Below the pieces are notes generated by a model. That model was given only the letters and a program-made list of their open reading frames with translations. It was not told the DNA's origin and did no database searches. Positions 1 through 12,057 of a stretch of DNA of 64,000 bases are shown one piece after another. Source of the DNA: Marsupella aquatica. Taxonomy: Eukaryota; Plantae; Marchantiophyta. The translations under genes and the position numbers were made by a program. Every line of letters starts with the position of its first letter. The first letter of the stretch is position 1. The DNA lies in NCBI GenBank assembly GCA_973895155.1, contig OZ316895.1, positions 17,340,170-17,404,169 of the forward strand. Direction: 5' to 3'.

Positions 1-336
1 CACAACATCTTTTTTATTAATGACATCTTAGGCAGGACAACTTCTTTTCTCCTAACACAACATCTTAGGCGACTTGACATCTTTTTCTCTATGACATCTT
101 GGGTGACACGACATCTTGGGCGAGACTACATCATTTTTCTCAACAACTTCTTGGCCGACACAACATCCTTTGTCGCAACCACTTCTTGGCCGACACAACA
201 TCTCTTTTCTCAATGGCATCTTGGCCGACACGACATCTTTTTTCTAAATGACATCTTGGCCGACACAACATCTTTTTTCTAAATGACGTCTTGGCTGACA
301 CGACATCTTTTGTGCAACGCACGGGTATTGAGCTAG
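1..336 (+). mobile_element. Helitron-like 3' end with degenerate subterminal repeats
   Basis: Degenerate GACATCTT/GGCCGACACAACATC repeats over 1-310, then the hairpin GTGCAACGCAC (312-322) and CTAG (333-336) followed by T. This is the canonical Helitron 3' terminus. Confidence 0.7.
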
Positions 337-1191
337 TATACCATAATGCCCTCGAAACAATCTCTTTAGTGATTTTTTTTTTGTATGTTTGAGTGTATTA
401 ATTTTTCAAAAACCTCCCTCGGGATTCTGAGAAACACGATAAATGTAGGAAAGATAAAATCCAAATATGGTTTTATCATATAAAACAAAATCATAAATTC
501 TATCAAAGATCAGAAGATGTTTTTTTAACCTCTTTCATGTTTTTGGCCAAATTGTATAACAACCACTTATCACATGATCCTTTAACTTTAATTGTCTATT
601 TTAGAGATCCATTGTTTAGTCTCTAATATGTAACAATCACTCAAGTTTCTAGCTTCAATTTTCTATTTTAGAGATCCATTTTTTCTTGTCTAGTATATAA
701 TAATCCCTCAAGTTTTTAAGTAAATTAATGTTCGAGTTACAAGCATTGTGAGAATAATGTCTCTCAAAGTAGGGCTACCTTTCTCAACTTTTGGGGCATT
801 ATATCTCAGATGTCCAGATGCCCTCTAACCAGGACATTATACTATTCATTAAATCTTACATTTATCGTGGCATGTCACTTATTGAGGTTGCACTTATCGA
901 AGTCTGACTGTGATTTACGCACTGTATCATTCTATCCATCTAAATCTGCAGTGCCCTGTCGTCACGAGTCTATCACTGCCCATCCGCCCTTCATCCACTT
1001 GTAATCGCAGCAGCAGCAGCAGTAGAGAAACCTTGTAGCTGGACGCAGAAGATCTCAGCTGCACGAGGAGGAAAGAGGGAAGAGGAAAGGAGACCGGCGA
1101 AATGTGCTTTGCTGGGCCTGAGGATTAGCGGAGGAGACGAGGCTTTGCATTTCGGAGCAGAGCGACTCTGTTTTTGATTTCGTCGGAGCTC

Positions 1192-1233
1192 TTGTTATTG
1201 TTGCTCTTGTTATTGTTGCTGTTGTTGTTGTTG
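1192..1233 (+). repeat. Imperfect (TTG/GTT)n microsatellite in the 5' UTR
   Basis: Direct reading; it produces the spurious poly-Leu of ORF 1174..1458. Confidence 0.85.
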
Positions 1234-1236
1234 GAG

Positions 1237-2333
1237 ATGGCCGCGGTTTCAGCTACGATCGTGGGTGCTGCTCTCGGATCCGTTGCGTCGCGCCGGACGG
1301 CTGCAAGCCAGGTGGGGATCTCGACCGGAGGCCATAGCCAGTGCTCTTTGAGAGATTCGAGGCCTGTTCGGTGCCGTTCCCCAATTGTTTCCAGTTCAGG
1401 TGGGTTTCGGGTGGTGATTATCTACTGTTGTAGAAGAGTCTCTGGTTGGAGAGAATGAGCTCCACGAGAAGCTTTTCTGTGGTCTGCGTGGGAGTAATGC
1501 TTGATCTAGAATGTATGGCGTTGTCATCTGTGAAGACGTCTTTCTTGCTACCTGTCTGCAATCTGTGTTGGGCTGTGCGTGTTGTATTATAGAAATTGGT
1601 TTTCCGAGTGTAATTTATAACTGTGAAGACTGCCCCGGATATAGAAACTATGACAGGCCTTGGAAGCTTCAGAGGTAAAACTCAGGGCCTGTGTATTTCT
1701 CTCGAGACTGTGGTGGAAGTGTCGCAATGTTCGTGACGCTCAGATTTCTGGTTCTTTTTGCGAGCTCGATCTCGTAGTGTCAGGTCTTTGAAGGCTTCTG
1801 AGTCTTGTTTACATCTCTTCGTATTTTTTGTGTGGACTAACTTGGCGGCGTATATCTTCTTAGAGAGCTAGACTTGCATGAAGACCTCCAAGACTGGTTT
1901 AGAGTAATGAAATCTGGTAACAATGTTCACACTGTTACTTCAACGACGTGCCTTATCCTAAACAATTTCTGGCTTCGTTATGTCTTCAGCCAAGACTCCT
2001 CCCATCACAGTCCATGTGGGAGAAACGTCGTTCACAATGCCCTTCTCTCCTGGGGCTGCAAAAGGCTTGAACGAGGCAATCAACGGGCTCTTCCTAACTT
2101 TCAAGGAAAGGGAGACTGCGGCAAGACCACAGAGGTGGAAGAACATGGAATTCCGGGAGATTGGAGAGGATGGTGTGTTCTTTGAGGTCTTTTGCAATCC
2201 TAATGCCTACTCCAACGCATTTCAGGCCAAGGTGCTGATCACCATTAACGATGAGAAGATCAAGATTGCTTCTGAAGGGCAGCTGAGTGCTCTCAAAGCT
2301 GACATTGATGAGTATATTGCTCAACACGTATAG
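1237..2333 (+). CDS. Small plastid-targeted protein resembling a conserved cyanobacterial hypothetical protein (VFFEVFCNPNAY...AKVLIT motif); spliced
   Basis: Exon 1 (1237-1399) encodes an Ala/Ser/Arg-rich transit-peptide-like MAAVSAT... and ends at CAG|GTGGGT. The last exon (1990-2333, TTCAG|CC) encodes the conserved domain. Possible internal exons at ~1657-1674 and ~1866-1916 are uncertain. Confidence 0.75.
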
Positions 2334-2471
2334 GGGAGTCTGCTATTGGGATGGACCCCAAAGTTTTGCAGGGAAGGATTCTCTCAAAGCTGACATTGAT
2401 GAGAATATTGCTCAACACGTATAGGGGAGTCTGCTATTGGGATGGACCCCAAAGTTTTGCAGGGAAGGATT
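2290..2471 (+). repeat. 91-bp tandem duplication spanning the stop codon
   Basis: 2290-2380 and 2381-2471 are identical except GAGTAT/GAGAAT. Confidence 0.95.
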
Positions 2472-2834
2472 CCCTAAACTTTCGAAGAGAATTCCTGAGT
2501 TATTAGCTGGAGATTATTCAGTTTTAGGACCCAGACCACATATCCAGTCAGTCAATGATACAGACTCTTGGAAGTATTTCAGATAGCCAGAGGTGAAACG
2601 TTACGCTTAAAAACGCTTGAAGTAGTTTTCATATCACAGTTGTTATCCTCCAGTGGCATGCTAGGTGACTTGACGTTGGGTCCACTAGGAGCCTTCAATT
2701 CTTACGTGGTCTGATGAGAAATCAAGGGGCTGCAGTCTTACGGACTCCGACGTGGATTCGAAAACTGTCCTGATGAGAAAGTGGCCAATTAGCTCAATTC
2801 GGACTCAATGTTTTCGATATCGGATTCCGATTAT

Positions 2835-3180
2835 TGGATGGATGGTAAGACATGCTTATCACCCATCATATTTCCCAATTTAGAGGAAAGACACTGGAAT
2901 TTTGCCGAAAAGGTAATATTTTTAGCCATTGTCATGATCTGAACCGTCTTTGAGCAGTCCACTTCTTCAGACCCGCGAAGAAATTTTAATATGGCGAACT
3001 TAGGAGCATGGATGTTGGGTGGATGGTTACATATGCTTATCACCCGATCATATTTCCCTTCTTTGAAGGACGGACACAAGAATTTTGCACAAATGTAACA
3101 TTTATTGTCATGATCGCTACCCGTCTTTAAGTAGCCCACTGCTTCAGACCTGGAAAGGAATTTAAATGTGGAACTTAGCT
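2835..3180. repeat. Diverged ~180-bp tandem duplication inside minus-strand ORF 2831..3304
   Basis: ATGCTTATCACCC..ATCATATTTCCC, ATTGTCATGATC, CTTCAGACC and GAACTTAG each occur twice in the same order. Confidence 0.75.
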
Positions 3181-4091
3181 CGACCGGAATTCGCCGTTCA
3201 TGACTTCTCTCAAATCTGGTAAATGAAGTGGACCAATGCAGAGGAACTGGTCTTTCACTTCGAAGAGGCAAACTCACATTTGGTTTTGCGACTAGTCCGT
3301 CCATTACTTACTCCCCTCCTAGAACAGAAAATTCACTGCTCTTTGTTCAGATTCGTCAAAATCGAGAAAGTAGAAAATGCAGTTCCAACAACTGAGAATT
3401 AAGCGAGCCCTCGCGAGAGTTTTGTAACTGAATATTGGACACCTGGGTTGAAGCATAAACGAACCCGACTTTCAGAAGAGTTTTCCGAGATGTATTGGAG
3501 AAAAGTAATTGATACGGAGTACACGGTATGATCAGTCTGTTGTTGACAGGAAACAGTTGACATTAAAGTCAGTTCCCCAAATTCCGAAACGACTGCAATG
3601 CGGTCTGCCATCATATCTTTGCTGGTCTACCTAGAAGTAAATCGTACCGATCAAAGGTAGGTAGGTTATGTCTGGTCAAATATCGCTTCCAAGGGTCGGC
3701 AATACACTATGCCTCTCTTCTCAACTTATTTACAAGATGTGTGGACAAATGTTGACTTTCATCACAAATATAGATGAATCTTCCCACTATGAACTACTGC
3801 AGTCAGTGCTACTTTTTCTGACTTCCTCTCTAACTCACCTCAGTTGCAGTGTAATTCCTCCTTTGGGCACATACACGTTTGTCCGGCCTTAGTCGCTGTG
3901 CTTCTCGTTTGGCATACACTAAACATGTCAGCGCAAGATAGCAATCAATGCGTTTTCTTAGAGGTCACCAGGAATGAATCCTCTCTTTCCAAATAGAATC
4001 CGGAGAGTACTGTTTGCATATTCTCAATTGCTCCCGATTAATAGACTCGAAAATTCTGCTTTCGGGCTACAATCCGAGTCAATCTTGGAGC

Positions 4092-7000
4092 TTAAGACCA
4101 TAAAGTTGTGATAACGAGAAATACCAAAACTGCCAGTCCAAAACATGCCCCCACTAGAACGTTGAAAGCCTGCAACAAAATAAAAGAAACAAGAGGTGAT
4201 ATCTTCAGAGAAGCTACTGATTGTAATTACCTTACTTTTCCGAGACAAACTACTGGGCATGCTTCGGAACAAACGAGAAGATTTGGGCTGAACAAAAATA
4301 GTCCAAGAAAACTGTAACGATGTGGGACTACAGATTTTGAGAAGAGGAACAAAGAAAAGTTGACATAAACGGCTGTTAAGCACTCGAAACGATTGGAATA
4401 AGATCTCGCGTATGAACTTCCAAGGAAGAAATTTCTCAGGAAGAGGATAAGTCAGAGCTGAGCCAATTCGCGAAACACTGGTACTTACTGTTGCTCTCGA
4501 CTTGAAGTTGAAGCGTTGGGTGTACCAATCCAACCCTCGGTCAACCAATGGAGCTAAACTGAGTGCCCTGGATTAAGAAATGTGATCATGCTTAATTCTG
4601 TCCAAAGAAGAGACCAAATTCTGTCAAACTACGAAAACCACACAAAACAAACCAATGAATACACCCCCAGATGGCGGTCTGCTTATTTGACGAAACAACT
4701 ATTGTGAGCATACCCTGCTGCTCGTAAGAGCTTTGTCACTTGGCTGCCAGCCCACACTGCTGCAAACACTTTCAAAAACCTGCAAACCAAATAATACCGT
4801 GGACTTGAGGAATGCCTGGCTCTGGCTAATGACACAACTTCAATGACTTAATTACGACTAGTAGTTGCTAAACACAGGAAAGTATCACATTCATAGAGGC
4901 ATCATGAAACTCTGTCAGATCAGGACATTACCGTTGGGCTGCAGGACCAAAACCAAGACCACCCGCAGAAGGGGACACATAGAACCTGGAGACCACACAA
5001 GAACTGAATTTCATGCACAACGGAATCGGTTCTTTCCAGATTGACGGAGATTAAACTATTACTGAGCATATTAAAATAAAGCTTCACAGGAACCTCAATT
5101 TCTTTGTTACTTCAAGTCACAAAGAGGAGATACGCAGAAAAACTGCAGATTACGGCTTACATGAAATTACTAAAAAACCTAGTACTAAGAAGGTACCAAA
5201 TACTATCCTTACCAGACGAACAAGAACGCCCCAAGATAATAGACAGTGTTGAGTAGGCCGTACGAAAGTACTCCCGCAACTCCATACCTTCTCAGATTGT
5301 TGACCATCCTGGAGAGAAGAAACCAAAGAAAACATTCAATTTTCAGTTCCTAAACTCCTCAACAGTCAATTTGAAGGTCGTTCAATCTCCTCCTCTACAT
5401 ATTAAGGTGAAAGATGAGAAAATTACCTACATTATCACTTAAATGCAGTGACTAGAAAAAGTAATAAACATGGGAAAAGAATTCCTTGCCCACGTCGTAG
5501 TCCGAACTATAGTTAAAGGCAAGTAGCCTACGAGACCTAATGAAGCTTCATCAATTAAGCAACCAGTAAATTCTGATCCACATTAAAACAATTCAAATGT
5601 AGAGCAGATCCAGTTTATAAGGAATCATCACTCTGGATTAAGTTCCCAAGACAATGACTAAGGCGCTATTTCATCAGCAGAATGGGTTCCTGAGAAATAT
5701 ACTCTTCTCTTTGGGCAGATCTTCTTGCCACTGCATTTCTTAACCATTGAAACAGACCATCTGTACATCAGGGCACAAATATTCACAACGGGGTCAAGCA
5801 AGCACATGGTTTTTCCCAATCCCTATCGAATGTGACGTAGAGGGCAGAGACTAAAGTAAATCTAAACCAAGAAGGTGAATGATTGTCCGACTGACACTGT
5901 TGTGTCTTGTCATCCAAGACAGAGCCTCGATATTCAACTCTATTTTGACATTAAGCACTGTGCCCAAGGTACGCGGGACTGAAGGAAGGATTGAATGAAA
6001 TATACGGAGACACTGACGGAAGACCAGTTTTTGAAGGGAGAACAAATGATAGATACTACTAATTAAGTGCTCTCACAAACCAATTAAATAACCAACCGAG
6101 CAGACGACGGGCTCACACTTAACAATGTCCTGATTTCAACCGGTCTAAAAGAGAGTGAAAATTGGCGTGAGGCGCGTTTTGGAGTCCACGGACCCATATT
6201 GGCTAAGGGCTACTTACTACAAAGGATCAAGATTGTGAAAACGGAATAGACACATACAAAGCCTATAAAGCAAACGCAAGGTATTGCATTAAGTAACTGT
6301 TGCATTGCTGGTATGAAAGGGACAAAATACCTCTACTTGGGGGATGATCTTTCGTTGTTTGTTCACTTCCACCCTCGGCGCCGTCCTACAAAGCAAACCG
6401 AAAATCCATTTAGACTACGGCTGCCCATGATCTACTTGATGACATGCAATATCCATCAGCTTAACCTTGCTGGATGGTTGGGCATCGCTAGGCAGGGTAG
6501 TAGCAGGTAAAGCGAGCATGCCCTTTGTTATATCATTTCGTGTCACTTATAGTGGGCACTATCACAGACTGTACTCAAACCTAGCCCCAAGGACGTTCTG
6601 TAGACAAGTAGAACCTGGTCTCCTTTGGCATGCATACGGTCTACAAAGCCAAGCCCCTCACCTGCCGAACAGACGTTCCTTGTAATTGTATGAATGAATA
6701 CCCCTACTTGATAACCACTATGGTGACTTTGCGAGTCGGTACCTTACAGGCAAAAGACTCGGGCTGTCACCGACTGGCGCCCTGATCTTGAAAAGAGGCA
6801 TGACTGGCATCAGACTAGACCCCCATCTTGCTCTCGAAATAAACTGAACTAATGAGCAGCCATATTTACGATCAAGAGTCTTCGGTCTTAAGCCCATAAG
6901 TGACAGCGTCGGCCAGCCATGCAATCCAACCCCGTGAACCTGCATAATTAGACACCACGCCATACATTACTCGCCCCCCTTTCAATCTAATTTATCCATT

Positions 7001-7992
7001 TTGTGTCAATCTAAAGTTCTTCATTAACTCTTACCATTCCAAAAGAAGCAGCGGAGACTAATTTGCTACGGCATAGAGCTAAAACCTTACAATACCAGTC
7101 TGTCAACAGTATAAAAAAGTCTGAAATCGAGGCCAAAATCTAGTAAATGTACGCAGAATTGGATTCCAAATCTGTATTGGCAAACAAGATAGTACAAGGC
7201 AGAGAACAAAATTTAACGATCATTACACCTCCATAATGGAGTGTTTCAAGGTTCTTGCAGTTAGAGATCTTCTGGCCCGTTTCTGAATGCGGTTTATGAA
7301 GCAGTCTAGCGCAAGGACATGACCCCAGCAAATCATGGGTGCGTTACATAATGAGATCCTTTTCTGTGAACACTGTACCGTAAATGTTGAGATTACAAGT
7401 CAGGATCCCTTGCGAGTTGCACAATCGAGGCAACTCTTCAAAGGTCGAGTTGTGATTATAGATACTATGCCTCCAAAGCTAGGTTTTACTAAACCAGTGG
7501 TTACCACCGTACATCGGCAGTCTAACTTATGATCAAAATTCTTTGGTTTGACCCAAGGATCAAGGCCTTAACAAAGGGCAAGGTCTGAAGCAGAGGAGGT
7601 ACAACAGGCCGAGCTGCGGGATAGCTAGTTCAGTCACTAGACTTCCTGGAATTAGCACTCTTCCAAAAGGCAGCTTCAAAATGTAACGAGCAAGACTTCA
7701 AGCAGATCAAAGGACAGAAGGAAATCCTGCATTGATAAGAAAACCTGCTGGTCTCACGATGCTACCCTCGACTTGTGACAGACCACCTTATTTCCAACCG
7801 AGATCTCAAAAGCAATCTAGAAATCTAGGATACATAGGCCATCTCAGAGTTCGGTCAAAACCCATTTAGAAGGCACGAAATCCAAAACCGCTACGCAGAA
7901 TTCCGGAAAGAAATAGATACCTCTGAGCATAACACTGGTGAGGAGGCGCGTTGTTGTGAAGTCGAGGACAATGCTGTGGTGCACAACGCCAT
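4092..7992 (-). CDS. Conserved plastid membrane protein of unknown function (resembles Arabidopsis At2g38695-type proteins, from recall)
   Basis: GT-AG exons: 7992-7921 (MALCTTALSSTS.., transit-like), 6939-6743, 6385-6331, [unresolved], 5308-5213 (LRRYGVAGVLSYGLLNTVYYLGAFLFVW), 4985-4932 (FYVSPSAGGLGFGPAAQR), 4779-4714 (FLKVFAAVWAGSQVTKLLRAAG), 4567-4489 (ALSLAPLVDRGLDWYT), 4169-4092 (AFNVLVGACFGLAVLVFLVITTLWS*). Phases of the last five exons are consistent. Confidence 0.88.
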
Positions 7993-8657
7993 ATCTACAG
8001 ATAAAAAGGTAACGCACCAGAAAATTTACCAAAGTTCTCTCTCTTCTTTCCTTCCTTCCTCCTCTCCAACTTCGTTCCCGGATTACGCTCCTTCAGGTCA
8101 TCGCCAGTTCATTCAACAGCGAACACCCTGTGTATTCTCTCCAACTCACGAAGACCGATGTCATTGATTGAACTTCACTCCTGTGCGCCTTTCCTCCAAA
8201 ATTCTCACTTATCCATCGCTGACGGTTTCACCAGCGTCTGAATTGGAAGTAACAAATGGATACTTCCACCAATTTGACATGAGCCGACAAGAGTAGTACA
8301 AGCACAAAAATTTTGCCTTTCCGCATGAAATCGAGCTGTACAAGATTTCGGTCATGGCAAAGAGGAAAGTTTGTTTTACTGAATCGATGATTTCAAATTG
8401 ATGAGCGGATTTGAACATTTGTGGGTTTTGGGCGCGGTTCCAAGGGGGGCTTCCACGTGGTCGCCCTTGCCCTCAATCTTGTTAATTGAAAGTATTGCAC
8501 TCCATAAGAGGGATTTGCTTGATCAGACCCCAAAATGAGTTGCCTTACTTGATGAGATCCCTCAAGTTTTGGGTACATTGATTCAGGGTCAATCAAGGGT
8601 CTCGATTACTCAGGGGTCCTATCAAGTCTTGTTAATTGAAAGTATTGCACTCCATTA

Positions 8658-8816
8658 GAGGGATTTGCTTGATCAGACCCCAAAATGAGTTGCCTTACTG
8701 GATGAAATCCCTCGAGTTTTGGGTACATTGATTCAGGGTCAATCAAGGGTTTCGATTACTCAGGGGTCCTATCAAGCAACACATTTCATTTTGGGGTCTT
8801 ATCAAGCAAATCACTC
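8658..8816. mobile_element. MULE-like MITE (~159 bp) within a local duplication
   Basis: TIRs GAGGGATTTGCTTGATCAGACCCCAAAATGA / TCATTTTGGGGTCTTATCAAGCAAATCACTC. Near-TSD CACTCCATTA (8648-8657) / CAGTCCACTA (8817-8826). A partial tandem copy starts at ~8508. Confidence 0.7.
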
Positions 8817-11800
8817 CAGTCCACTAAGGTAGGCCACTGAAGATTTCGGTCATGGCAAAGAGGAAAGTTCTGAGCTTATGAAAAGAAGATCGATGATTTC
8901 ATATTGATGAGCGGATTTGAACATTTGTGGGTTTGGGCGTGGTACCAAGGGGAGCTTCCACGTGGTCGCCCTTGCCCTCAGTCTTGTTAATTTGAAAGTA
9001 TTGTAATCCACTAACGTAGGCTACTGGACTTTTATTCATCTCGATCAATAAGAGTGTTGTCTATACTAACTAGCCCTCTGCTATTTGCATGGCATAGAAG
9101 ATGACATAAAAAAAATGCAAGCAAAATAACAACTTAGTTGACACATCTTATGAGTTGTTGTGGCCATTTTGCTGTTGTGGTCATGTTGTTGTTATGTTTA
9201 TCCAGTCAATGTTCATGTGTTGCACAACTGTAAGTGCGACCATGTTTTTGTGAGGGCCATATGGTGGTTGCCTCCATGTTTTTGTTGCAAAAGTGATAGG
9301 GGTGAATGCAAGTCTCTCTTGCTCCCTGATTTAAAGAGAGTAACTATATAATGTGCTCTGCAGGCACATGATATTGGCACTTTAAGGCTCACACTGGTCT
9401 GCTCCACTTGTAATTTGCTCTCCTACTGTACATTACAAGAAAGTTGGATAAGTGTGCCATTTGGGGCCAACCAGGGTGCAAGCCCTGCCATATGGCCCTA
9501 CAACATTTCTGGCCACAGTTCTATTTTGCTTCTGACCCTCAATTCATGGGCATGCCATGAGAAAAACAAGTACAGAAAAGCACATTTCTGTCAATGCTCT
9601 GTTGAATAGATACCCAGTATAAACATGTTACAAGCTGCTTCAAGCACAAAATTTCATTTTGATGGCCCCAAACTGATCAGTTGGGGAGGAATATCTATCC
9701 ATCTGTTCTAGGTGTTGGTCATTTGTACGGAGGAGTTCCCCAAAATCACGGATAAGAGATATATGTATATAGTAATGCCCTCTATCCACAGCATTGTAGA
9801 CTATAATGTCCCCAAGGGTTTAGGCTCAAAGTTTGAGGGCTATTGTTGCCCATCATTTCCGGCACATGGAGTTAATACACTTTAATCCTTGAAAGATTTC
9901 TCACTCCTACTAGTTTTTATTATGTCTTTCCTTTCTACACAATATAATACACTCAATTTGAATGCTTCACTTCATGGTAAACATACAATTGCCCTTGAGC
10001 ATGTCATGTGTATTCTTCCATAAAGTTCACAAATATACAAAGAGAAAAATCTTGTACGGTTCCATATGTAGTCCCTGAACCAGGAAGGAGTCCATTCACT
10101 CTGTTCTGATCATGGGAGTGAGAGTACTAGTACACATGATGACATAAGTATACGATGTGATAGCTGCCATTATTGTCAGAGACTCAAGATACCATGTCAC
10201 CAGGAGTAGCATCATATGCTGTCACCCCACAATGGTGTTACTGATTGGCAGGGGGTTGATCTGGTCTTTTCTTAGGGAGACGTTGCAATCTTTGGAATGT
10301 GATCATTGTTGATATTACTAGTAGAACCATGTGACAATGGCTGCCCATGTACCTGGCCAAGGTAGCCGGGCTTAGGGAGGAGACATATGCTGTTCACTAC
10401 ACTGGGGACCTGTTCCACCTTATTTTGACCATTTCCTGCACACTTGTGTGGTCTGTTGTGTAGAGCAGAGGCCTTTTCTTCCAGTTTCTCCCCACAATGC
10501 ATTTTTAGATAACAAGAGTCCGGTGCACTACAGAGGGCTCATGCACACATTATACTTTGTAGTGCCGAGGCTGTTGGTTTTAGGGCCTCTAGTCAAACTG
10601 CTCTTCATGACCTTCTTATGTGGTTTACTCTAGAGCTTTCCCACAATTTTCAGTTTGTCGCCCTGAGTAGGCATAAGGTTTTAGTTTACAACAGTAGGGG
10701 GGCTCTAGCTTGGGGCTCTTGGGATTTTTGGCTCATTGGTCTCCCAAGGGTCCTTCCCTGGTTTGCTTCCCTTTACCCTGTCTCCTCTTTGGGATGTGCA
10801 TGCTGGATTGGCACCTTTCTTTTCTTGGCACTGATAATATATAACATCCTCAGGGTAAAATAATAATGTAATAACAATAATAAATAAATAAATTTATATA
10901 AAATCCTCAGTCTCACAGAGTGGGCCAGAAAGGAGAGCAAATGAATAATTTCCTTGACCAGCGAAAGCCTTACCCAAGTCACGGGAAAGTAACAAAGAAT
11001 TACATTGATAGTCCCGGCCTACTTTCCTCCTATCACAGTAGGCAGAGAAAGAGACAAGGACGCTCCTTCTTTCCAATCGTAGCCCCAATCGCGAAAAGAA
11101 ACGTCATCATGAAAGCTTCGATAAGGCAATGTTCCCAGGACCATCGATAATCCGAATCTTGCGGCCCACACGTCGTCAAGGACCGAGAAAATCTAGCAGC
11201 GTGGTAAAGAAAGGGGAGGAAAGGGAAGGAAATTCCGCAGTAACGATATCCTCCCCCTCCAAGAAGCACAATCGATATGATTGCAGCCAATGGGCGGGCC
11301 GGGCATGCTAAGGCCCAATGACCGCGCATGCTGTTAATGGGACGTAAGCCAATCCCAGCAAGCAGCATGTACCTACGGATATTGCTCTCCCTACTGCTCT
11401 CTATCCGGGATCTGGGACCGGTCTCGAGCTCGGTCCGTCAGGAACTAGCTATCCCACAGAGATTTTTCTGAGCCTCGGACCGGTCGCATTCTCAATACGG
11501 GGGATACGGGAGGGGAGGAGATCTAAATCCGGGCTGGTAACGAGGGGCGAGTTCTTCCGGCCTATCAAGCAAAAGGCGAGAGCAGGATCTCCGGAAAGAG
11601 ATCGAGCAGAAGGGGAGTGTGGAGAAGGAGCGGCGGGCATACTCTCCTGAGCATTTTGCTTTCAGATTCTGATTTGGCTCATGAATTTGCGGTGTTTCGA
11701 ACTCAGCTGGAGCAGAGGGAGAGAAAGAGCTGACCACCTTTCGTTGGGCTTCTACATGAGTTTCGGTGCTTCCAAATCAGCTGGAGCGAGAGAGAGTGAG

Positions 11801-12057
11801 AGTCCGTCACCGTTTGGTGGGCTCTGTACATTTTGCAGTGGCTTGTGTAGAAGAGTGAGAGAAAGGGGCCTTGTGGATTTTGCTGCATAGATTGCCTGGC
11901 AAGGCGACGGATCTGTGTGGCATGTGCCGAGCTTGGGCCAGTTTTGGGTGATGCTGGAATGGACTGGGCAGAGGTCTAATTGGTGAAGACCAGGGAGGAT
12001 TCGAGAGGGTTGGTCTGGTGCAATTTATTTGAGAGTGTGCTGCTGCAGTGAGACGAA

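Noticed and set aside
1174-1236. Poly-Leu signal-peptide-like N-terminus
   Set aside because: It is the translation of a TTG microsatellite upstream of the real ATG at 1237.
2711-2830. Two CTGATGAG...(GAAA/GATA) segments resembling hammerhead ribozyme cores
   Set aside because: Stem II is weak, I could not form stems I and III around an NUH site, and the second copy has GATA. More likely a short diverged duplication; an Infernal search would settle it.
9100-10900. Possible decayed transposase or other coding remnant
   Set aside because: Only short ORFs, and no motif I can identify with confidence.
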